Notes: generated by a model not told the origin, from the sequence alone. Positions 1-12,382 are shown, numbered from the stretch's first letter. The stretch is 64,000 nucleotides of DNA from Antedon mediterranea (GCF_964355755.1 NC_092676.1:25934871-25998870), one strand, 5' to 3'. Made by a program: numbers and translations.

Positions 1-2746
1 ACGTGATACCCAATAGCCATACCGTAAATTGTGTGAATGATGGCAGTCATACTGTAGAAAAAAATGGTTGGTTTACGAACATTGTATCGCAAGTTTAGGT
101 GACTTCTAGTATGTGTGTGCCTTAAAAAGCATATTGATACCTCCATGAGATCTAGATATATAATAAACAAACGTCGAAGATACCATAATAAAAAAAAATA
201 CAAAATCATCCTACTCTAATATACTGTCGACTTGAGGTTGATGACTCCAATAACGCTACAATCTGCGTGATGGACATCTCGTACGTAATGTCGTGTACGA
301 ACGAACCATTTTCTTCATACCCATTGACCTCCTCAACGAGATTACATGTCGGTGTTATAATAGTTCTACCTGTGAAAAGAAAAATAATGATAAATTTACT
401 TTAGTAGTACTATTCGTATCAGTCATAAGTCACATAGTGCACTTTGAATTTATTACAAATTATTTTTCAAAAAAGCTGCCGGAGTTTACACACACCACAA
501 AACGCCGGAGTTTACACACAACACAAAACGCCGGAGTTCACACACACCACAAAACGCCGGTGTTTACACACACTACAAACCCCCGCAGTTTACACACACC
601 ACAAGACTCTGGAGTTTACACACGTCACAAAACGACGGAGTTTACACACACCACAAAACGCCGGAGTTTACACACGTCACACCACAAAACTCCGAAGTTT
701 ACACACACCACAGAACTCTGGAGTTTACACACACCACAAACCCCCGGAGTTAACACCACAAGACTCCGGAGTTTACACACACCACAAAACCCCGGTGTAT
801 GTAAACTGATTTAGCGATGTGTGAGAGTATGTTAAGATTACCTGTCAACTTTCCATCTATAACTTCGCATTCCACATAGAACGGTTCAACACCTTTCTTT
901 AGTCCATCCGGATCAACAAGTAATGGATCGTTATAATTACCTCTTTCATCGAAAATAAGATGTTGGCAATTTTGTGGAACATATGAGGTGTTTGCCCTGA
1001 AAGCCAGATTAATGCATACCAACACTGTTCGAAAAAAACCCTGTATTATATACTTGTTCTCCTTCTCTAGACTCCTGGTCTAGCGCATTTATTTGTACAG
1101 CAAATAGGCCAGCCGCCCGAAGTACATATATATTATTTACACAAATTAAATACAGAAATATTTCTTTTTGTAAATGCACAAAAAAATTAATTTAGGCATA
1201 TTTTCAATTAAAGTAATATTTCTTATCTTCAGAAGGAAAATTATAAAACGTAACTGGTAATTATTATTATTATAATAACTCTTGACGTAACTCATAATTT
1301 TGTTATATATATATTTTATTTTTTGCAGTGCATTTAAACATTTATTTCTCATAATACAATAATACTTACATTAACAAACATAAACTTAAATCCTCATACC
1401 ATCTACCCCTTTCATGCTCGATATCAAGAATTCCTAGACGAAATTTAGTTAAAAATTGTCTATGTTTACAATTTTTTATTTCAGACAAATAATTTTCTAT
1501 ATGAATTATTGTTTGTTTAAATTTAGTCAAATAACATAAACGCGAGTGTGTACTCAATAAATTGTTGTTGTTCAATATCCTGTGAACGTAATTTAATTTA
1601 ATTTATAATGTTGTTATCAATATTTTGTTGCAACCAAACATAACCAAAACCAATTCGGGCTTTCTTAGTTGAAACAAATAGCATTGATATGAACTTCTAT
1701 TCCTGTCTAAGTTTAAAATTCAGTACCAGAATATGTTAACTAAAATGTTAACGGAAATCTACCAAGTTCAACCTGTTACAGTTGAGGCATGTTTTCCTCC
1801 TTCCAACAGATATCGACAAACTTATTCATTACAGTGTCCAATATATAGATATTTTGAAAACCCCAGATTTCACAACCAAATAAGGTGATAGGTAAAATGT
1901 TAGCTTAAAAAATAACATTCCAGATATTTAATAGGAAGATTAGTAGCTTCAGAGCTTTGATAATCTGCGTTTGTTGTTCTCGTTTTAAATTATTTTAATA
2001 AGTTTAATTAACCGTTTGCATTGATTTCTGTTAGCAACGGTCAATGCTAATTTCTGTCGCATAGCTGTTTTTAGTTTCTTTCAGTTTTTGCCAAAATGTT
2101 CTGGAATTGTTGGCATTCAGAGATTTGATAATCTGCGTTTGTTGTTCTCGTATAAAATTATTTTTCTTAAGTTTAATTAACCGTGTGTATTGTTTTCTAA
2201 TAAGTTTATATTTACTAAGTGTAATAGCGAAATGTATTTAAGCTTCTCATTCGTATATACATTTAGCTATGTGAGACAGAGGAGTAAGAATGAGATACAT
2301 TATTTTTCAACAAAAAGTAATTGGAACTTTTAACAATGTGAAGTAATAAGTCAAAAGAAACGAATTTAAATATTATATGTACTTGGACTGTAGTCTTAAA
2401 ATGATATTAATAGTGTTATGGTGCACAGTAGGCTATATTGAAATATAGGTGAACAAGAATGTATAGAAAACTATTTTTTTAGAAAGGATTGCATAAAAAC
2501 AGTTTTTTTACATCAGTAAAAGGTAATAAATTCAAGAATTGGTTAAAGAATAATTGTACTATCATTATTATTATCATTTTAAAATGGTTTTTCGAAAAAA
2601 GAATATAAAAACATACATAAGAATGTTACTCAAAAGAAAGAATTTAAGTGATGGTATTAGATAATTCCATCCATTTTATGTTGAAATGAAAATATTATAT
2701 AATTTTTTTTAAACTTACCCATGACGGCAACTTGATAATTGGACAT
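1..2746 (-). CDS. Paralogue A (partial, continues beyond left edge): secreted CASPR-type fibrinogen-like domain protein; exons 2746-2719, 1024-842, 369-215, 51-<1
   Basis: GT-AG junctions join in frame: MSNYQVAVM|VLVCINLAFRANTSYVPQNCQH...DPDGLKKGVEPFYVECEVIDGKLT|GRTIITPTCNLVEEVNGYEENGSFVHDITYEMSITQIVALLESSTSSRQYIR|YDCHHSHNLRYGYWVSR. The DPDG..PF.V.C and GSF..I.Y...QI.AL...S..C.Q.I.YDC motifs match the CASPR/neurexin IV fibrinogen-like region. Confidence 0.8.
480..796. repeat. 26-bp minisatellite (GGAGTTTACACACACCACAAAACGCC), ~12 copies, in an intron of paralogue A
   Basis: Direct tandem repeats visible; they produce the spurious HTPQ/THTT ORFs. Confidence 0.9.
1090..1800 (-). mobile_element. 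Degenerate non-LTR retrotransposon 3' fragment (CR1-group-like) in intron 1 of paralogue A
   Basis: ORF 1366-1575 ENYL...HRQFLTKFRLGILDIEHERGRW resembles the LINE ORF2 C-terminal motif 'R..LTKFRL..H.L.IE.GR'; minus-strand AATAAA near 1088-1093; the segment is absent from the paralogue B intron. Boundaries are approximate. Confidence 0.6.
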
Positions 2747-2989
2747 TTTGCCAGACTAAAAAAATTACAGGTCTGGTATCTATGGCGAATCTTTTTATTC
2801 TGTTTATTTCTAATATTCCGGTACGCAATTATTGCTGTTCACCACACTATTACAGTAATTATAAAGTCATAAAATCATACATTTTATTTAATCCATCAAT
2901 CAATATTATTGTTAGCGTCTAGTAACAATCCAACAAATGTATATTAAATATCATTGTTCCATATAGATATGTTTGTATAATTGCATTGG

Positions 2990-4585
2990 TATAATTAAAC
3001 TTTAAAGAAAGCCAACATTTGTGATTATATAATTCTGCAATTTATATCAAATACCGTATAGATATAATTGCCTAAGTATGATTAAACTTTAAAGAAAGCC
3101 AACATTTGTGATTATATAATTCTGCAATTTATATGAAATATAGATATAATTGCCTAAGTATAATTAAACTTTAATGAAAGCCAACATTTGTGATTATATA
3201 ATTCTGTAATTTATTTGAAATATAAATATAATTGCCTTGATATAATTAAATTTCAAAGAAAGCCAACATTTGTGATTATATAATTCTGCAATTTATATGA
3301 AATATAAATATAATTGCCTTGATATAATTAAACTTTAAAGAAAGCCAACATTTGTGATTATATAATTCTGCATTTGTTTTAAAATATAAATATAATTGCC
3401 TTGATATAATTAAATTTTAAAGAAAGCCAACATTTGTGATTATATAATTCTGCAATTTATATGAAATATAAATATAATTGCCTTGATATAATTAAACTTT
3501 AAAGAAAGCCAACATTTGTGATTATATAATTCTGCATTTAAAAAAAAATATAAATATAATTGCCTTGATATAATTAAACTTTAAAGAAAGCCAACATTTG
3601 TGATTATATAATTCTGCAATTTATTTGAAATATAAATATAATTGCCTTGATATAATTAAATTTTAAAGAAAGTTAACATTTGTGATTATATAATTCTGCA
3701 ATTTATATGAATTATAAATATAATTGCCTTGATATAATTAAACTTTAAAGAAAGCCAACATTTGTGATTATATAATTCTGCATTTTTTTAAAAATATAAA
3801 TATAATTGCCTTGATATAATTAAACTTTAAAGAAAGCTAACATTTGTGATTATATAATTCTGCAATTGATGAAATATAGATATAATTGCCTTGATATAAT
3901 TAAATTTTAAAGAAAGTTAACATTTGTGATTATATAATTCTGCAATTTATATGAAATATAAATATAATTGCCTTGATATAATTAAACTTTAAAGAAAGCC
4001 AACATTTGTGATTATATAATTCTGCATTTTTTTTAAAATATAAATATAATTGCCTTTATATAATTAAACTTTAAAGAAAGCTAACATTTGTGATTATATA
4101 ATTCGGCAATTGATATGAAATATAGATATAATTGCCTTGATATAATTAAATTTTAAAGAAAGCCAACATTTGTGATTATATAATTCTGCAATTTATATGA
4201 AATATAGATATAATTGCCTAAGTATAATTAAACTTTAAAGAAAGCCAACATTTGTGATTATATAATTCTGCAATTTATTTGAAATATAAATATAATTGCC
4301 TTGATATAATTAAATTTTTAAAGAAAGCCAACATTTGTGATTATATAATTCTGCAATTTATATCAAATATAAATATAATTGCCTTGATATAATTAAACTT
4401 TAAAGAAAGCCAACATTTGTGATTATATAATTCTGCATTTTTTTTGGACATATAAATATAATTGCCTTGATATAATTAAACTTTAAAGAAAGCCAACATT
4501 TGTGATTATATAATTCTGCAATTTATAATGAAATATAAATATAATTGCCTTGATATAATTAAACTTTAAGAAAGTCAACATTTTG
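2990..4585. repeat. ~82-bp AT-rich satellite, ~19 copies
   Basis: Unit ATAATTAAACTTTAAAGAAAGCCAACATTTGTGATTATATAATTCTGCAATTTATATGAAATATAAATATAATTGCCTTGAT; period 82 (GCCTTGAT at 3316 and 3398). Confidence 0.95.
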
Positions 4586-4846
4586 TGAGTATAGTGTTTC
4601 AATTTCTATGAAAGATAACACAAAAAAACCAATTGGTATGTAGTATAAGGCGCAACGAAAATGACAAGCGACAGTTCAGATCGTCCCACAAAAATTTGAG
4701 ATAATTTGTCCATGAAGCTTAAGAAAACTTGCCCGGGTAAATAACTAAACTTAAACAGGTCCTAAGACTCAAGGGTTTCACTCTCTTACATTGTAACTTA
4801 AGTATATGTATAGTATATTGTTTGAAGGTTTGCATGGCGAAATCAA

Positions 4847-5032
4847 ATGTTGATATAAAGTTTGCGGTACACCACGTGTATTAGTTCTGAAAAGAATTTT
4901 TCGACGTTTCGATCAATACTTTGATCGTCCTCATTCTCACTCCTGAGGACGATCAAAGTATATTGATCGAAACGTCGAGAAACTCTTTTCAGAACTAATA
5001 CACGTGGTGTACCGCAAACTTTATATCAACAT
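4847..5032. repeat. ~85-bp-arm inverted repeat containing a hammerhead-like core (probable Penelope pLTR remnant)
   Basis: ATGTTGATATAAAG...GATCGTCCTCA / TGAGGACGATC...CTTTATATCAACAT; core CTGAGGA-C-GATCAA..TTGATC-GAAACGTC at ~4943-4976. Confidence 0.8.
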
Positions 5033-6619
5033 ATATGTATAGTTCTACATTTAATTAATGACAAGAGAAGAATAAATGTTGTTTGTTGATACAACTCGAT
5101 AGAATGTTTTCCGTATCCGTGTAAAAATAATAGTGCTTTAGTTCCAATATATAATTTCTTTGGATGTTTGATGAATAACATTTACTTTAGATAGATGTAA
5201 CAAAAATATGAAATAAAGGTGAGTGAATCTCACAAAAGGGAGGGTAAAACATTTACTTTAGATTGTTTTAAAAATTTTCCAGGCGTTTGTTGTATTTTAT
5301 TTTATTTGTGTGGCAAAGAAGTTAATTTTTTTAAAGTAGAAAATATCAGTTTTTATCATTTAAGGCAAATTTATATTTTTAATGAACAATTTGAAATAAA
5401 TAAAACAATACATAAAACAGGTAGGTAAAATGGGGATAAAAAAAGAAAAAGAAAGAAAAAATAAACTTAAAAAGCATAAAAGACGAGAAATTCAAATTAT
5501 GGAATGATACATTATATATAAGACTGGCAGCGAATTTAAAAGATTAAAAAAATTAAAACGTTAATTTGTTTCGATCTGTTTTTTTTAAGTTGTTGTTTTT
5601 TTAAGTTGTTGCTTTTCTTAAATGCATGTAATTACAAATAATAATTTTATAATTTAGCAACAATTTTCGGATAATGGTGCATCAAGATAAACATTAAAAC
5701 GCAGTGACCATGGTTACTGTGATTATTGTATTGAACGTCAATAGTTGAATCGGTATCTTGTTGAGTATTCTTAATTAAAGATGACAAAATGATAACACTG
5801 CACTATAATTGTATGTTAAAGATCTCTCATCAGATGGAATAATTTAAATTACAATTTTAAATATTCAAATTTTATTCGTTCGTATACATTGTACTAGTCT
5901 GGGCTCCAGACGGAGTTTTGTAAAAATATAAATATTTTTGCACATATGGCGTTTCATACGTGTATTACTTGAGTTTGGATACTCCTGTATTTTCAGACAA
6001 AAATCGCGGTCGAAATAAAAACAAATAAATAAAAAAAAGACAATAAATACAGACTTGAGACAAGTCTAACATTGTACACTTATTATAAATATTTGATAAA
6101 TTAGATAGGAAACCTCAAAAAGCTGAAAAGCTGTTAAAGATCTCTCTTCAGATGGAATAATTTATAATACAATTTTAAATATTTCAATTTTATTCGTTCG
6201 TATACATTGTACACTTATTATAAATATTTGATAAATAAGATAGGAAACCTCAAAAAGCTGAAAAGCTGTTTAAGATTTCTCATCAGATGGAATAATTTAA
6301 ATTACAATTTTTAGACATTTCAATTTTATTTGTTCGTATACATTGTACACTTATTATAAGTATTTGATAAATAAGTGAGCTTCACTGGACCAGTCCGAAA
6401 ACGAAAAACGAAAATGTAATTATGTAATAAACCAAGCCCGGTTGCTGCAGAGGAAAAGAAGAGATATTTCAGATGTAAAATGTCATAATTAACCAGGTTA
6501 CTTGTCGGTGATGAATAAACATTCACATTTTTATTTACTGTTTTACTTTTACTTCCTAAAAAATCCTACAAATACCATACATAATCAGTCACGAGTCGCA
6601 TAGTGCACTGTAAATTTAA

Positions 6620-6785
6620 TTTCACGTGACGCGCATGCGCAGACACTTTAGCGGGATTACTCTTGTTCCGGGTACACTACACTAGTTGCCATCCTGCGTA
6701 TTCTTGTCAACAAAAATCGTATGACGTAAATTATAAATCGGGAAGTAATATTGTTTACAAATGTAATGAGCCGGCGGCAACTAAA
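6620..6785 (-). promoter_or_regulatory. Candidate promoter motif cluster upstream of paralogue A
   Basis: TCACGTGAC (E-box) abutting GCGCATGCGC (NRF1-type) at 6622-6640, TGACGTAA (CRE-like), GGGAAGT (ETS-like) and GTTGCC/GGCAAC half-sites in a locally CpG-richer patch. Confidence 0.35.
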
Positions 6786-7513
6786 AATCAGTCCTCAGTA
6801 TAATTCGTTTGGTTTTTTAAAAATGTTCTAAATGAAGTGGAGAAGTTGTTTACATTTCCAACGCATTTATGTCAGTTTTTATCATTTGCAGTCACGAAAT
6901 ATTCAATAACAATTTAAAATGAATACCTAACAAGAAAAAGATTAAGATATAGAAATTATAGTGGATAAACTTTTTTTTTTAAAACATAGAAACATGAAAA
7001 GTAGAAACATAATAAATTAAATAGACATAACCTCTCAAAAAACAGCACATTTTGAATTTCGAAAAACAAAATATTAATTTGTTTCGATCTGTTTTTTTTA
7101 AGTTGGGGTTTCATTTCAATGTAAGCGATTACATTAATATTTTTGTAGGAACATTTTTCAGATAATGAGAAATAATAATGTAAGGAAAAAGATAAATCGC
7201 AGTTACCATAGATACTGTGATTAATTTTATTAAACGTCAATCTTCTGTTGTGTGTACAAATTCTTAATTAAAGATAACGTATTGATTACATTTTATCAAA
7301 TTTCATTATAAGTGTACTGTATGTTAGTTAAATTGACATGATTGTCTATTTCAATTATTCGTTCATATAAAATTTACACTTATAATAAGTATATTAATAA
7401 ATCTAGTTCAAACTAGAACGAGCGAAAAGTCATGAATAATACCACCAAACTTGCGAGTTAGGATGACTATAACGAGGGATTTAATAAAAAGGCAAATTGC
7501 CTTAAAATGTAAA

Positions 7514-7553
7514 TGTGACATGTTTCGAGAAACTATTCTCATCATCAGAACAG
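7514..7553 (-). ncRNA. Minimal type I hammerhead ribozyme motif
   Basis: Minus strand CTGATGA-T-GAGAA(TAGT)TTCTC-GAAACATGT-C; palindromic stem III ACATGT; stem I weak. Confidence 0.6.
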
Positions 7554-7599
7554 TAAACAACGCCTAGAGTGCTTATATACAAATGGTTCACAAATAAGT

Positions 7600-9938
7600 A
7601 GAACAATTTAATCCCAAGAACTTACACAAAAAGACTGTGTGTTATGACATAAAACATTTAAAAAATTATAAATTCTAATTTAAAATGATGGTCCTATACT
7701 TTTACTATGGTTCAATAATTAAATTTACAATTAACCAGTACATTCTTTGTCTAGCTGGTTTTTTTTCTGGCACTATTTTAGTCACTAGTTTCGTATGTTG
7801 GACGTATAAGACGATCCTCTATACGTTGCTCTGTATCTACTACTAAAGCTTGATTCCCACTAAGATGCAACGCAAGGCCATAACGCAACCCCAAGTGATT
7901 TGACCAGGAAAGAGTGACATTTCCCTGATTTGACCAATCATAAACGATAGATTATTCCAACAGTCGTTTGTCATTGTTCAACTCGATTGCGTTGCGTCCA
8001 AATCTTTTACTCAATATTAAGCCTACTATGTTAAATATGCAGTAAGTAATAACTTATTTGTTTATGTTGGGAAAAAAGCCGATAAAGATATTAGGAATAT
8101 ATGTGGGATATGATTACAAGACTTGTGAAACTAAAAATTGGAGTGATAAACTGGTTGATTTTGAAAAGATTTTGAAATTATGGAGTTCTAGAAATTTAAC
8201 ACTTTATGGGAAAGTAATTATATTGAAGTCACTTGCACTATCAAAACTTACATACAATGCAAATATTATTACTGTACCAAAGTATGTTTATGACATAGTT
8301 AACAAACAAAGTTATACATTTTTATGGAGTAAAAAATCTGAAAAAATAAAAAGGAAAACCTTAATTGGAAACCTAAACGAAGTTGGAATTAAAATGCCAG
8401 ATTTTAAATTACATACAAAAGCACTTAATGTCACATGGCTAAAAAGGTTGTTACATGAAGATGAAGCAAAATGGAAATTTATTCCAAAATGTTATATTAA
8501 TAATTTATGTTCAGAAAATATTCTTTTTAACATGACAGATGAAAACCACTTTATACATAAAATGCCTATGTTTTATGAGAGTCTGTTGAAAGCATGCATA
8601 AAGTATAATAATTGCTGTAAAAGAAGTGTAGACACATATGATGATATAATGAATGAACAGTTGTGGGGTAATAAGTTAATACAACTTAAAAACCAATCAC
8701 TATGTTATAAACATTTGATTGAATGTGGCATTATTTTAGTGAAGGATATTATAAAGGAAAATAGATTCATAACTTAAAAAGAATTGTGGGTAAAATTAAA
8801 GTACAAAGCAAACTGGTTAAATGAATATATGTGCTTATTAAAAGCGATACCAATACAATGGAAAACTATAATCAAATACGAGGAAAATTGTTATTATAAT
8901 ATAACAGAAAATGTCATTAAGAATAGATATAAGGACATCACAACAAAGAGTATTTATCTCTGTTTTGTGGAGGACATTTTTGTCCCTCCGGTTTGTCAAG
9001 GAAAATGAGAAAAATATTTTCATAATTTGAATATTGATTGGAAGTCATGTTGGTTATCTAAAGTTTGTAAAATGAAAGATAAAAAATTAATACACTTTAA
9101 TTACAAACTGTTAAATAGAATTTTAGCAACAAACAAAAGGTTGTTTATCTGGAAACTAAAGATACTAATATATGTGGTAGATGTGGAGAGGTACAAGATG
9201 AGGAGCATATGTTTTTTCAAGGTTTTTGGACAAAAATAGAGATTGTTTTAAAAGGTACCAATCATATAAACATGTCAAAATCTGGTAATTGGAACAAGAA
9301 ATATTCTTACTGATTTTATATATACATTTGCTGCTTTCACGGTTTATAAACAAAAGATACTGGCTGATGTTACAAATAAAAGTTATTTTAATTTATGGAA
9401 ATCTTTTAAACAAGGAATTCTATTCAGAATGGAATGTGATATAGTGTATAAAAGAAAGAAAAGCATAAAAAAATGGGAAAAAGTAAAAAATATTATTTTA
9501 GCAATGTAAAATTGTATAATAACAGGCCAAAAACACGAGAAAATATTATTACGACACAATACTTAGTATTCTAGTATGGTTTCTACCTTACTAGTTGTAT
9601 TTACTGGTGCTATATGAGTTACAGTATATTTTATCTTGTGATGTTGTAATGGCAATTGTGAACCTATATTATGTGATGTATATTTTTATATAACTTTTGT
9701 CTATTTTTTAAATGCTTTAACTTTTTATATATGTAAAATACTAAAAATAAGAAAAACAAAAAAAAACTTTAAGCTGCAGAGATAGTTTTCTACTGAAACA
9801 AAATTGATATAGATTATTGTAACAATTGTAAAGAATGAAATAAAAGTGAGTGAATCTCACAAAAGACCAATAAAAAAAACTTATTTGTTTATTTCAATGT
9901 ATTCATAATGCTTGTAATGGTCATCACGATTGATTTTA
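7600..9938 (-). pseudogene. Remnant 3' end (last ~19 codons plus 3' flank) of a fourth paralogue, split by a LINE insertion
   Basis: 7600-8065 matches the paralogue C 3' flank (19670-20148); 9881-9938 encodes KINRDDHYKHYEYIEINK* on the minus strand and is fused directly to the paralogue B 3' flank. Confidence 0.7.
8066..9877 (+). mobile_element. 5'-truncated, decayed L1/Tx1-clade LINE (RT C-terminus + zf-RVT) with 15-bp TSD
   Basis: IKILGIY...NW..KL...LKLWSSRNLTLYGKVIILKSLALSKL is a typical Tx1/L1 RT tail; frameshifted CGRCGEVQDEEHMFF zinc knuckle near 9165-9220; A-rich tail 9743-9767; TSD AACTTATTTGTTTAT at 8051-8065 and 9878-9892. Confidence 0.88.
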
Positions 9939-10306
9939 CCTATATTTTTACTATGGTTCAATAATTAAATTTACAATTAACCAGTACATTCTTTGTCTAG
10001 CTGGGTTTTTTTTCTGGCACTATTTTAAGCACTAGTTTCGTATGTTGGACGTATAAGACGATCCTCTATACGTTGCTCTGTCACTACTACTAAAGCTTGG
10101 TTCCCAATAAGATGCAACGCAAGGACATAACGCAACCCAAGTCATTTGACCAGGAAAGATTGAAATTTCCCTGATTTGACCAATCATAAACGATGGACTA
10201 TTCCAACAGTCGTTTGTCATTGTTCAACTCGATTGCGTTGCGTCTATGTCTTTCACTCTAAAGAATAGGCCTGCTATGTTAAATATGCAGTACCGTAAGT
10301 AATAAC

Positions 10307-12382
10307 TTATTGGTTTATTTCAATGTATTCATAATGCTTGTAATGGTCATCACGAATGCTTTTACTTTTAGGAATCTCCCTCGCTGATTGGCTATTCAAT
10401 GAACACAACATCAAATCGTTGACACTTATTGATTGGCACTCTTCAATCCACTGGCATAGTCTAAGACACGTGAGTAAAGACTTAACTCGCAATGTTCTTA
10501 TCACATATTCAGACATAAAAATGTTGTCGAAGAACTGCATCAATCCAATTATCTTTTTCAGCCCTGAAAGGAGAAATCAGTGGAACCAGTGTCAGTAGTT
10601 GACATACCGAAGTACAATTGGTACAATTTAGGTTACGATATCCAATAAATGTTCATTAATCTTTTGGCCGTTACTGTAGGTAAATGATTGATAGCAATAC
10701 CTGTACATTCTAGTGCTCCAATTGTGCTAATACCAGATTCATAATTCTGGCCCGTGTCACCATGCCGTAACTCCATCACTGGCAGGGTAGATATATCGTC
10801 AACATATCCATCATCGTATCTCCATGTTGCATCATTTCTGCCACATTCACAAGGTAAACTTGGATTACTGCAGTCGCCTTAAATAATAATTCCGTGTAGT
10901 ATAAATCAAATAAACTATTATAATAGCGATGTGCAAAATTGATTAACATACGCCTTCTTCACAAAACACACAGTGATGTAGGCTAATATTTTAAGAACAA
11001 AGTTTGTTTACAATTCCAATTAAGGAATTAGGAATTTGTGTGTACCTTGTCCTCCGAAAATATGCTTGCTGTTAATTCTGCTAGTTACGCTTCCTTGCAC
11101 AGCATTGTTTTTCATCGATGAAAAAAGGCCTATTCTGCCTAATGTTCATTTGGGTTTGACCAAGCTGCTTTTTTAATTGTGCTTTATGAATGATTTTATA
11201 TATATCCAATTTTAAAGACAGCAAGGCCTGTTTGATAGCCTTGGTTAGTATTCGCAACTTTTAAAGACTGGAAAACGTAAAATAAACTGCTTTCCATCCC
11301 CACCACACGACACAAAAGTCAACAAAACAGAATACTAAGCTTACCTCTGTATCCGCATGCACAGCCAACGAAACCAGTTGGACTTGCCCAGTTGTACATA
11401 GCGGTACCGTTACGTGATACCCAATAGCCTTCTTTTAAAATGTTTGATTCACGGCAGTCATACTGTAGAAAAAAATGATTGGTTTACGAACATTGTATCG
11501 CAAGTTTAGGTGTGTGCCTTATAAAGCATATCGATACCTCCATGGGCAAAGTTATCTAGACATATAATAAACAAAACAAACGTTGAAGATGCCATAATAA
11601 AAAAAATACAAAATCATCCTACTTTAATATACTGTCGACATGAGGTTGACGACTCCATTAACGCTACAATCTGCGCAATAGACATCTCGTACGTAATGTC
11701 GTGTACGAACGAACCTTTTTCTTCATATCCATCGACATTCTCAACAAGATTACATGTCGGTGTTATAATAGTTCTACCTGTGTAAAGGAAAATAATGATA
11801 AATTTACTTTAGTATTACTATCCGTATCAGTCATAAGTCACATAGTGCACTGTGAATTTATTTTCAAATTATTTTTCAAAAAGCTGCCGGAGTTTACACA
11901 CACCACAAAACGCCGGAGTTTACACACACCACAAAACCCCGGAGTTTACACACACCACAAACCCCCGCAGTTTACACACACCACTAAACTCCGGAGTTTA
12001 CACACAACACACAACACAAAACCCCGGAGTTTACACACACCACAAGACTCTGGAGTTTACACACACCACAAAATCCCGAAGTTTACACACACCACAAACC
12101 CCGGAGTTTACACACACCACAAAACCCCGAAGTTTACACACACCACAAAACCCCGGTGTATGTAAACTGATTTAGCAATGTGTGAGAGTAAGTTAAGATT
12201 ACCTGTCAACTTTCCATCTATAACTTCGCATTCTACATAGAATGGTTCAACACCTCGCTTAAGTCCATCCGGGTCAACAAGTAATGGATCGTTGTAACCT
12301 CTTTCATCGAAAATAAGATGTTGGCAATTTTGTGGAACATTTGAGGTGTTTGCCTTGAAAGCCAGATGGAGGCATACCAGAA
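10307..12382 (-). CDS. Paralogue B: CASPR-type fibrinogen-like + PAN/apple-like domain protein; exons 12382-12203, 11777-11623, 11462-11345, 10877-10701, 10563-10307; first (ATG) exon not found
   Basis: All five exons are in frame with GT-AG sites, and the last four have the same sizes as in C (155/118/177/257 nt). GCACGYRGDCSNPSLPCEC..D.G...LPVMELRHGDTG...IGALEC is CASPR-like; the last exon has the PAN-like pattern CLRLCQWIEECQS...CSLNS. Confidence 0.8.
11888..12156. repeat. 26-bp minisatellite, ~10 copies, homologous to 480-796
   Basis: Same unit and same intron position as in paralogue A; absent from paralogue C. Confidence 0.9.

Noticed and set aside
480-796. CRISPR-like appearance of short repeats (also 27345, 30712, 43960)
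   Set aside because: No unique spacers, no cas genes, eukaryotic context.
293-814. Plus-strand 173-aa and 121-aa ORFs (also 11701-12175)
   Set aside because: They are antisense to real exons and kept open by the 26-bp minisatellite.
5815-6370. ~138-bp triplicated segment (also short duplications at 1945/2115 and 31900/32050/32515)
   Set aside because: Ordinary local tandem duplications with no further signal.
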